Positions 1 through 8,489 of a stretch of 14,976 bases of DNA are shown piece after piece. The notes beneath the pieces were generated by a model. The model was given only the letters and a program-made list of their open reading frames with translations, had not been told where the DNA came from and ran no database searches. The stretch lies in the NCBI RefSeq assembly GCF_006345805.1, contig NW_021825653.1, forward strand, positions 1 through 14,976, in the 5' to 3' direction. The stretch comes from Octopus sinensis (taxonomy: Eukaryota). The first letter of the stretch is position 1, and each line of letters starts with the position of its first letter. The translations under genes were made by a program, and so were the position numbers.

Positions 1-1137
1 AAAATAAACCCAGGCAATATATAAAGTTAGTGAAACAAGCCTGCAATTAAAATAATCTTATATGAATGAACATCAAACATTGAATAGTAGACATTTTGTT
101 TTTCAGTGAAAAATGCGTCGAACAACAAATAAAAACAATTCAAAATGATTGTGCGGTATTTGTTGTCTATCCGTGAGATTTTTTGGACATCATTAGAAGC
201 ATGCAAAATCAAAATTACAAAGATCATTAATTAAAAACACAAACAGTTACCAATATACTTATTGGAAGATGTTCGTGGCTTGCGAAAACAAATATAAAGA
301 CAGTGACTTTCATATATATGTTTACACCCTCATGCACACACAGGCACACATACACACACAAAATTATACGCACACACATGCACACACAAAGAATAAATAC
401 ACGGTAATTACGAATTCAATTAATAACAGGTCATTAAGCTCCAACACAATATCACATTGCAGTAAAACGCAGGGGGACCGATTTGTATGAATGTAGATAT
501 TTACAATAACTGCAGAAAAGGATAAATTTCAGATATAGCTATGACTTTAGATATGTGCAACGTCTGTTTCAATAAGATAAACACTACCAAATGTATAATT
601 GCATAATTTTGCTACATATTAAACTAAATTAAATTATTTTGTCTTAACAACTGTATTTAGTTAAATCATCTGGACTGTTGTATCATGTTAATCAGCAAAG
701 CATTAACACAGCATTCTTGGTAATTTGGTTAAAGAGTTTTTGAATTAATTTAATTTAATTTAATTTAAATTATTATAAATGACAATTATGTAATTATAAA
801 TTTGGTGGTAATTATCTTAATGAAAGAGCTGTTAAGCACAATTAAAGTATGAATTATACGTAAAATTTCTACTTTCTGCCATTATACTAATATGCTCGCA
901 CACACACACTCAAACGCAAGTGCACCCCCACACATAAATATGTGTGTGTAAAAACATGAATGAATATAGAACATCACACTCACACACAAACACACACATA
1001 TATTCATTAATTGAACATCTGATGATTCATTCATAAATCAAGCTACCAATCTGTCACTCAATAAACAGAGCAGTTACACTATGTATCTGATAGTCTTCCC
1101 TTTGTCACCTTCGTATATGTGGGCACATAATGTATAT

Positions 1138-1370
1138 GTTTCTATATTACCCACAATGGGCCTAACATAGAGGGGACAAACAAGGACAGACAAACGAATT
1201 AAGTCGATTACATCGACCCCAGTGCGTAACTAGCACTTAATTTATCGACCTCGAAAGGATGAAAGGCAAAGTCGACTTCGGCGGAATTTGAACTCAGAAC
1301 GTAACGGCAGACGAAATACGGCTACGCATTTCGCCCGGCGTGCTAACGATTCTGCCAACTCGCCGCCTTA
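1138..1370 (-). mobile_element. tRNA-derived SINE, near full length (octopus-type)
   Basis: Minus strand reads TAAGGCGGCGAGTTGGCAGAATCGTTAG (A-box-like TGGCAGAATCG), then GTTCAAATTCC (B box), then GTCGACTTTGCCTTTCATCC...GTGGGTAATATAGAAAC. Colinear with the plus-strand copy at 9745-9978. Confidence 0.9.
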
Positions 1371-1887
1371 AGGCGCTCGACGTACATCGATTCTAAACAC
1401 ACCTGAACAAAAAATAATGTTATAACGAACATTTTGTGAGCTTTGCCAATCCTGCAAACATTTCCTTGCATAAAAAGGAGTTAAGGAGAGAGATAGAGGT
1501 GAAGAAACAGGCAAACAGACTGACAGGCAGACAGGCAGGGATTAAGATTTCTTCTCTCGTCTGCAAGTTGTTATTTTAGTATAAATATCTACGCCAATTC
1601 TGTATCTATTCTGGCTACAACATGATTATATTCTGAGTGAAGAATTCATTTCTCATTTAGATTCTGTGGTTTGTTTCAGCGTTTTCTCAGAGAGATTTTG
1701 TCTGCCGTTTATAATAAATTTGCTGCGTATCAAACAGTGAGACTAACCAACTACAAACAACATCGATATTAACATATGAACTGAAAGCACGTCTCTACGT
1801 ATAGCTTCATAGATGTGTACGAATACGAAACATCATTAAATGTCTTCTCCAGGTGGTGTTATTAAGCCAATTCTAGCCGAAATTTCA

Positions 1888-1986
1888 ATATATATATGTG
1901 TGTGTGAGTGTGTGTGTGTACATACATACAAAAACAAACATATATAAATATATATATATATGTTTATATATATATATATATATATA
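1888..1986. repeat. Compound (TA)n/(TG)n/(TA)n microsatellite
   Basis: Direct reading of the sequence. Confidence 0.9.
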
Positions 1987-2096
1987 CTTTATTTAAAGCA
2001 GCAGAAAATTCAACAAAATCTGTTACTCTGAGTTTCTCGTTGCCGTTCATTAGACAGTTTTTTCCACCTTGTTTCACATTTATGTGTTTACTCCGG
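1987..2096 (-). mobile_element. Short (TA)n-flanked repeat island, probable Penelope-like element terminus
   Basis: About 110 bp of complex sequence between two (TA)n tracts, containing a hammerhead-like fold on the minus strand (2020-2057). The PLE assignment is inferred from this architecture. Confidence 0.5.
2020..2057 (-). ncRNA. Degenerate minimal type-I hammerhead ribozyme motif (G5A, probably inactive)
   Basis: Minus strand: CTGT [stem I] CTAATGA [core, G5>A] ACG-GCAA-CGA [stem II, GNRA loop, base pair mismatched] GAAA CTC-A-GAG T A| ACAG [stem I]. Confidence 0.5.
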
Positions 2097-2163
2097 TATA
2101 TATATATATATATATATATATATGTTTATATATATATACGCACTCATTTAGATTACTAGTATC

Positions 2164-2173
2164 ATTATTATTA

Positions 2174-2222
<49 letters not shown>
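2164..2222. repeat. (ATT)n microsatellite
   Basis: About 19 near-perfect ATT units. Confidence 0.95.
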
Positions 2223-2740
2223 GAGTGAGAGAGCAGAGCATGCCATCAAAGTGACACTGGGGTAAAATATACGAAGCCCAGTATACCCATCATAACTACC
2301 TGTCTGATAAGGATACACCAGTTACATGCATCACAACCAGATGTGTGCGACATGGTCGTCTCATATTAAGATGTACAGCGAATGACCTTGCAGGTAGGGG
2401 TCCATCCCGCTCAAAAGGTCCCCGAATAAAGGTTGTTTAAGGATGTTAAACAAAGCACCTATATTTCCAAAGGGGAATTATCCAAACCCAAAGAATTCCT
2501 CTCAATACATGGCTATGATGCTCCCATACTACTTCTGCTCGTGATCAGAGATGCACATATCGTCAGGTACTAAGGGACATGCTCAACTCGTTAAGGTCAA
2601 ACAACGGACAAGCAAATCTGTGGCATTGAGCAGAATATTTGCTGTGGCCCATCTTTTATACCAAGACAGAACAATGTACATGATAACACTTCTAATCAGT
2701 TAAGATCATGAGAGCCACTACCTGGTACTTCCATCAGGGA
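2223..2740 (-). mobile_element. Interspersed repeat (~520 bp), probably the non-coding 3' portion of a non-LTR retrotransposon with an (AAT)n tail
   Basis: GC-richer block sharply bounded by trinucleotide tracts. On the minus strand it ends ...CTCTCTCACTC followed by (AAT)n. Recalled as a high-copy octopus repeat; clade not determinable here. Confidence 0.5.
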
Positions 2741-2827
2741 ATAAAATAATAATAATAGATAATAATATAAAATAATAATAATAATAATATAATAATAATA
2801 ATATAATAATAATAATAATAATAATAA
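2741..2827. repeat. Imperfect (AAT)n microsatellite
   Basis: Direct reading of the sequence. Confidence 0.95.
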
Positions 2828-2831
2828 CATA

Positions 2832-3005
2832 TACATGGAACAAATAGGGGCTGCAATAAGTGTGGAGCACTTGCAGAAACAGCACTGCTTGGAACCGCTT
2901 GAGTACTCCTGAAGTACTCGAAAAATAAGAGGTGCTACCTTAGTTCACTGGTAGTGAACAACTGGCACCGTAGTAGATCTCCAGCATTAGAAGCTGTGCA
3001 AAGAC
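2832..3005 (+). mobile_element. 3' end of an R4/Dong-like (RLE-type) non-LTR retrotransposon, heavily 5'-truncated
   Basis: Translation with two 1-nt frameshifts gives YMEQIGAAISVEHLQK[T]ALLGTA*VLLK[V]LEK* (stop 2926-2928). This matches the LQKxxLLGTARILRKVL C-terminus typical of R4/Dong ORFs. A short 3' UTR follows, and (TAA)n lies on both sides, the known Dong target and tail. Confidence 0.75.
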
Positions 3006-3035
3006 AATAAGATAATAATAATAATAATAATAATA

Positions 3036-3068
<33 letters not shown>

Positions 3069-3081
3069 TAATAATGAAATG

Positions 3082-3120
<39 letters not shown>

Positions 3121-3191
3121 TTATTATTATTATAATTATTATTATTATTATTATTATCATCATCATAATCACCATCACGATTATAATTATT
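3006..3191. repeat. (AAT)n tract followed directly by an inverted (ATT)n/(CAT)n tract
   Basis: AAT units to 3118, then TTA units from 3121. Confidence 0.9.
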
Positions 3192-3339
3192 GAAATACTC
3201 CGGAAAGTACTCAGTTTTCTCGGATTTTGTATGAAAATACTTTTCAAACTGTGTTCAAGAATTCTGGGAAATGAATTGAAAAGCTTGGACAGAGAAATTG
3301 TTTAAATATCCTGCAAAACGCTATTACTTTTACAGAATT

Positions 3340-3481
3340 GTCAAATTCCGCGAAGATCGACCTTATCTTTCATCTTTTTGGGGGTTCGATAAAATAAGTA
3401 CCAGTTGAGTACTGGGGTCGATGTAATCGGCTTAATCCCTTCTCCAAAATTTCTAACTTTCTGCCGAAATTTAAAACCAAT
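3340..3481 (+). mobile_element. 5'-truncated, diverged SINE copy (same head/core family, alternative tail)
   Basis: TCAAATTCCGCG..GATCGACCTT..CTTTCATC...GATAAAATAAGTACCAGTTGAGTACTGGGGTCGATGTAATCG aligns with the SINE core; ends in AAATTTAAAACCAAT. Confidence 0.75.
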
Positions 3482-3495
3482 GTTACGGGATTGTC

Positions 3496-3690
3496 AGGCC
3501 ATGAGCTGGCAGAATCGTTAGCGCGCCGGGTAAGATGCTTAGCAGCATTTCGTCCGTCTTTATATTCTGAGTTCGAATTCCACCTCGCCCGACTTCACAT
3601 TTCTTCATTTCGGGGTTTAATACTGGGGTCAGGGTAATCAACTCCCCGTAGAACGTTGGCCTTGAGCCAAAATTTAAAAAAACTTATTAA
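3496..3690 (+). mobile_element. Diverged SINE copy with internal deletion
   Basis: GAGCTGGCAGAATCGTTAGCGCGCCGGG...ATTTCGTCCGTC...CTGAGTTCGAATTCC (A and B boxes), then ACTGGGGTC and tail GGCCTTGAGCCAAAATTT. Confidence 0.8.
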
Positions 3691-3825
3691 TATAGTCGGA
3701 TGATGTAACAGTGATGTAAAATAGCAAAGGATTTACAACAGATATTCCACGAATGATGTGAATAATGTGAAGAGATCAACAATTGTGCCGATATACGGTT
3801 TCCTATTTACGCACATTTTCGTTGC

Positions 3826-3835
3826 CGTGTGTATG

Positions 3836-3869
<34 letters not shown>

Positions 3870-3877
3870 ATATATAT

Positions 3878-3921
<44 letters not shown>

Positions 3922-4077
3922 ATATATATACAAATATACAAAATACACACACACAAGCACATACACACACTCACACACACACATACACACAAACACACAC
4001 ATATATATATTGTAAATATATATGCGTAAAAATATTTGTATTATGTACCTGTAATGTATATCTACATATACATTCAT

Positions 4078-4115
<38 letters not shown>

Positions 4116-4141
4116 TTGTGTGTGTGTGTATGTATGTGTGT

Positions 4142-4178
<37 letters not shown>

Positions 4179-4180
4179 GT
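3826..4180. repeat. Compound (TA)n-(CA)n-spacer-(TG)n microsatellite block
   Basis: Direct reading. It explains ORFs 3733..4077, 3758..4015, 4036..4341 and 4086..4319. Confidence 0.9.
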
Positions 4181-4199
4181 GTTTGTGTATCTCTATTGC

Positions 4200-4335
4200 G
4201 TTGTTCTTGTATTGGACTGCAGCCAGTTTAGACGAAGAGTGGTTAGTGGATCATATCGACTCGAGTCGTTATTTCGGTTTGATACACATTTTATCGAGAC
4301 CTATTTATCGATTCACTAAGTTGCCGGAAATAAAG
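4200..4335 (-). mobile_element. Highly degenerate 3' domain of a second octopus SINE family
   Basis: TTGGACTGCAGCCA...ATCGAC...TTTTATCGAGACCT...CTAAGTTGCCGG resembles a recalled consensus (TTGACTGCGGCCATG...ATCGACCCC...CTATCGGTCTCTT...GCTAAGTTACGG). Recognition from memory only. Confidence 0.4.
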
Positions 4336-5016
4336 GGCTAAATCATATGTATTCTACCTGTTTAACGACTCCTGTAAAAATTTGCACATGAAACAAACAC
4401 CACATCTACTCATACAACATAAAAACTAGAACTCTCTAAACTAGTCCGTCTAGTTTGCTTAACACTGCATACGTAGGAGACGTATATTAATTAACACATG
4501 GTGCACAACAATGCGGTTTCAAATAACAATTGGAACTGTAATGTGTTACATTTTACAATAAACGTAAAATTCATCGTGTAAAATAAACAAAATGGTTGCA
4601 TCAGAGTTTTATCTCTCCACGGACAGGAGAAAAAATAAGATCGTTCTGACTAACTTCCAGTTTTTTTATATGTTCTTCAGATAAAACTGTGTTACTAACG
4701 TCTCTACGAATAAAAAAAAATAGGTGGTTCTTTTCTTTTTTTGTCTAAATACACGCATGTGGTAAACTGTATAAATTCCGTTCTCTGGGTGAGTGTTGGT
4801 ACCGACGTAATTTTATCTCTACCATGGTTTCATATATAATACCAATCGTACTCTTTTTAACCTTTCTTGACTCAGCTTGAATCATATACATCGGCGGTTG
4901 CTGGTCTCCAGATATATAACTGCCTGAAATGCATATACTCATACCTACATACATATTTCCATACATACACGCACACGCTTACATACATTCATACACATAC
5001 ACACATGCACACACAC

Positions 5017-5853
5017 TCATTCATTTATTCATTCATTCGGTTCTCATTGTGCCTTGTGGCACTCGAGGTGACAGCAAGATCATTCCACCTTCTAACACTG
5101 ACAGCATCCTTGACAGCTTGTTCCATTGTTAACCCTTCTGCTTTTAAGATCTTTTCTTATTGTTCTCCACCACGTTTCCTTTGGTTGGCCACATCTTCTT
5201 TTACCTTGTGGAACCCATTACAAAGCAATCCTGACAATTGAGTTCGATCTATAGCGACAAACTTGACCCAGCCATTTCCATCTCCTTACTTCCATAGTTT
5301 CTCTTATTGGTTTGACGTTATCCTAGGTGTGTGGTTGGTTATTCGAGATCGTATTCTGCCTGTAGACCTTCAAAATATTTCCTAAACATTGCTTTTGAAA
5401 CACCTCTAATTTCTTTCCCATACTTTTCGTTGTTATCCAACATTCGGATCCAGCGAGGAGGAGGCTAAGTATGTTGTTTTTCTAGAATTGTATTTTGGTT
5501 CTCTTGCTGAGTATTGATAATTTCCATATTGAGTTTAACATACCGAATGATTGGGTGGCTTTGCTGATTCTTGGATTTATTTCATGAATGCAGGTAAAGT
5601 CTCCATCCGTCATTATGTTGGTGCCTAGATAGTTAAATTCGTCAACATTTTCGATTGGTTTATCGTTCAAAGTCACGTGGTTAGCATCTGTTACATTTTT
5701 ACAAAGAGTGTACGTTTTCGTCTCGTTGATTTTGAGACTTTATGGTGTTGGCTATTTGACAAAGTCTTTCAGATTTGTCGTTTAACTCTTGAGGCGTGTA
5801 TGAGAACAAACAAATGTCATCTAAACCTTCTAGCTGATTTGTGTTCCAGTCTA
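5017..5853 (-). mobile_element. RTE-clade LINE, 5'-truncated 3' fragment (RT C-terminal half plus ORF end, (GAAT)n tail), pseudogenised
   Basis: Minus-strand translation across frameshifts and stops: IDWNTNQLEGLDDICLFSY..LKINETKT..VTLNDKPIENVDEFNYLGT..EINPRISKATQSFGMLNSIWK..RTKIQF*..LLLAGSECW..RRWKWLGQV..WVPQGKRRCGQPKETWWRTI..ATRHNE. These are typical RTE RT and C-terminal motifs. (TCAT)n tail at 5017-5037; (CA)n on both flanks. Confidence 0.9.
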
Positions 5854-5932
5854 TACACACACACACACAAACAAATAAACAAACATACACACACTCTCTC
5901 TCTCTCTCTCTTTCATATATATATATATATAT
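5853..5932. repeat. Compound (CA)n-(CT)n-(TA)n microsatellite
   Basis: Direct reading of the sequence. Confidence 0.9.
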
Positions 5933-6100
5933 AAAACCAGTCGAAATTGCAAAGATAATCTGGAACTCGACTGAGGATAGAAAACTCCGAATGACTCGTC
6001 CTTGTTTTCTTTGTACCTCTGTCTCGATGTTTTGTTGTCCCTTTTTTATATCACCTACTGACTGATGTTTTAGCGTTCTGTCCTATTTTTTGTATTTTAC
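5933..6100 (+). mobile_element. Unclassified (TA)n-associated repeat, family X copy 1
   Basis: Its first 68 nt (from 5936) match the reverse complement of 8882-8949 with 8 mismatches by manual alignment. T-rich 3' part. Confidence 0.75.
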
Positions 6101-6109
6101 CACACACCA

Positions 6110-6167
6110 CAACCACACACACACACACACTATATATATTATATATATATATATAAATAGATAGATA

Positions 6168-6202
<35 letters not shown>

Positions 6203-6212
6203 TAGATATATA
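6110..6212. repeat. (CA)n-(TA)n-(TAGA)n microsatellite
   Basis: Direct reading of the sequence. Confidence 0.9.
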
Positions 6213-6609
6213 AATGTGTGTTTTTTATATCAAGTTATACATAAAAATAATTTTAATTGCAATAATGTAACTGTAAGGTTACTCAACAATTTATAATAGA
6301 GAACATGTTTATTAAACTAGTGCTAGGAAAAGGTTCACAGGGATTTCGAAGTTTCGACAATCTGACGAAAGCGACCAATATTTCCTTTTATATTTAGCTG
6401 TAATAAAATCAATTTTACATTAATTTATTGTTCTTCAGCAAGAATAGCAATGACAGTGACGTCTTAGTCAGCCGATACTTCGAAGTCACTGTCAATGATA
6501 TTCTTGATAAAGAATGTGTGAATGTATGTATGTATGTATGTACGTATGTATGTATATAGCAAAATTGTATATAAAATATTAAAACTCCCAGATATTTTTA
6601 TACAATATA

Positions 6610-6923
6610 TTTGAGGGTGAGCTAGAAATACTATGAACATCTTCAAGAAAACTGAACTCTGGTGCTCTTCTTGAATTCTAAAACGCATGTTAACCATTGC
6701 ACTGTGAGCCATTTGTATTTACACATTTTTCTAATTAGTCATATAAATGTTTATCTTATCTGCGTGCCAGGTGCTTTGATCTTCGGGAATATGCGACAAC
6801 AGTCTTTCAGATTAAACGTAGCAACTTAACGCATGACAAATTTAGAAATTTACTGGTGATGTCAAAAATAATGATGCCACACCTCATATTGATGCGATGA
6901 TTCTAGAGATGGATGTAGTTTAA
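6610..6923 (+). pseudogene. Decayed hAT-superfamily transposase C-terminus (dimerisation domain; Buster/SPIN/GTF2IRD2-like)
   Basis: Fragmentary translation FEGELEIL*..ALLEF* ... VL-IFG ... QIKRSNLTHDKFRNLLVMS / NNDATPHIDAMI resembles the family pattern EL..L..LLxFW..LxxFG..K.RSRLTH..L..IL..PDIDALV. Multiple stops and frameshifts; no TIRs seen. Confidence 0.45.
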
Positions 6924-6941
6924 ATTTATAAATGTATATGT

Positions 6942-6975
<34 letters not shown>

Positions 6976-6998
6976 TATATATATATATAGATATATAA

Positions 6999-7238
6999 TA
7001 CCAAGAATTCACAACGACCTCGAACACACAAGTACAAACAAGGGAGACAGGGAAAGGCAGAATGCCACTTATATTTGAACACTATACAATATTCCCTTTA
7101 AAAAAATCTTTTCTTTTAATTTTTCTAAATTTAATTATTTAATCGTTACAGTTGAAAAGGTCTCAAAATGACCGAAACCGGTACTGAAATGGTCTTTATA
7201 AAATTATTTTAGCATTTCTATCTTGACTTTTTTTTTCA
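6999..7238 (+). mobile_element. (TA)n-flanked repeat island, probable Penelope-like element terminus
   Basis: 240 bp between (TA)n tracts (6940-6998 and 7239-7300), containing a hammerhead fold at 7146-7189 and ending in a T-rich run. Confidence 0.55.
7146..7189 (+). ncRNA. Minimal type-I hammerhead ribozyme motif, U3:A8 core variant
   Basis: TTACAG [stem I] TTGAAAA [core 3-9] GGTC-TCAAAAT-GACC [stem II] GAAA CCGG T A| CTGAAA [stem I, one A.A mismatch]. Stem III is the palindrome ACCGGT; predicted cleavage after 7183. Confidence 0.65.
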
Positions 7239-7599
7239 TATATATATATATATTATATATATATATATATAATATATATATATAATATATATATATATAT
7301 ACATACCTATATATGTATATGTATATCTATCTGTTTAATAAATTACGTTAGAATAGAAATTTATGTAAATGCTTTCCCAAATAAAACTGCACTTCACTTT
7401 TGAAATTCCGGCTAAATCATAGGGTGGTACACACGAATTCAGTTATGAATGTATTGCATCTTACATCTTACAGTAGAAACACCTGTAACCTTATGAAGTT
7501 CCTCACATTTCTTGTTCACTTCTCATACATATATTCTCTCTCTTATATACATACACATGCACATACCTCATCCCCACACATATATGTATATATATATAT

Positions 7600-7903
7600 A
7601 AGAAGATAAGAAAATAGAGATAATTAAATTGATAATTATTTATTAATTACAAAATTGGACATCATTTTGACAGCTGTTTCGATTCAAGATTTTAGAAATT
7701 ACTTAGAATAATTAAGAACATTTTCATATTATTGTATGTTGAATGTATCTTTTCCATCGCCGATGAGTTTCAACTTTAAAATGTTCTTAATTATACTAAT
7801 TAATTTCTAAAGTCTTGAGTCGAGACAGCTGTCAGAGATGATGTCCAATTTTGTAATTGATAAATAATTATCAATTTAATTATTCTATTTTCTTATTTTC
7901 TCT

Positions 7904-7904
<1 letters not shown>
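7600..7904. mobile_element. Palindromic (fold-back/MITE-like) element inserted in (TA)n
   Basis: Arms 7600-7724 and 7778-7904 are imperfect reverse complements (e.g. ATTACAAAATTGGACATCAT / ATGATGTCCAATTTTGTAAT) around a 53-nt spacer; (TA)n on both sides. Confidence 0.9.
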
Positions 7905-7934
<30 letters not shown>

Positions 7935-8040
7935 GTATATATATAATATGTATAATATATATATATATTATATATATATATATATATTATATATATATAA
8001 TATATATATCTATATATATTATATAATATATATATATAAT
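7905..8040. repeat. Degenerate (TA)n microsatellite
   Basis: Direct reading of the sequence. Confidence 0.9.
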
Positions 8041-8196
8041 AACACTGATTTATCCATTCCTTACAGTTGAATATTAAGTTGAAATATCAATACTTTTTGT
8101 AATACGTAATAATAAACAAGTATATTCATTGGAATTTATTATCCCTTAATGAGGCTTTTAACCTTTAATTAAATACACATATATATATATATACAA

Positions 8197-8443
8197 GCAC
8201 CACGTAAAAGCACCATCCGTTCGTGGCCGTTTGCCAGCTCCGTCTGGCACCTGTGCGGGTGGCACGTAAAAAGCACCCACTACACTCACGGAGTGGTTGG
8301 CGTTAGGAAGGGCATCCAGCCGTAGAAACACTGCCAGATCAGACTGGGCCTGATGCAGCCTTCTGGCTTCACGGACCCCAGTTGAACCGTCCAACCCATG
8401 CTAGCATGGAGAGCGGACGCTAAATGATGATGATGATGATGAT
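8197..8443 (+). mobile_element. 5'-truncated SINE with (GAT)n tail and a central GGCGTTAGGAAGGGCATCCAGCCGTAGAAAC domain
   Basis: GC-rich block in (TA)n ending AACCGTCCAACCCATGCTAGCATGG..GGACGCTAAA(TGA)n. Internal direct repeat CACGTAAAA(A)GCACC at ~8201 and ~8263. The central motif is recalled as resembling the widespread Meta-type SINE domain (unverified). Confidence 0.75.
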
Positions 8444-8489
8444 ATATATATATATATATATATATATACATTCTAGAAAGTGACTACAT

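Noticed and set aside
1364-1375. 12-bp perfect palindrome CGCCTTAAGGCG at the SINE 5' edge
   Set aside because: Half is the ordinary SINE head (TAAGGCG); a short chance match in the flank is sufficient explanation.
3944-4160. (CA)n and (TG)n tracts in inverted orientation around an ~80-bp spacer
   Set aside because: Low-complexity complementarity; such compound microsatellites recur throughout the window and no element-specific ends are visible.
4681-4788. Plus-strand segment with branch-like GACTAAC, TTCAG acceptor and GTGAGT donor (108 nt)
   Set aside because: Stop codons in all three frames; at best a non-coding or cryptic exon, with no other support.
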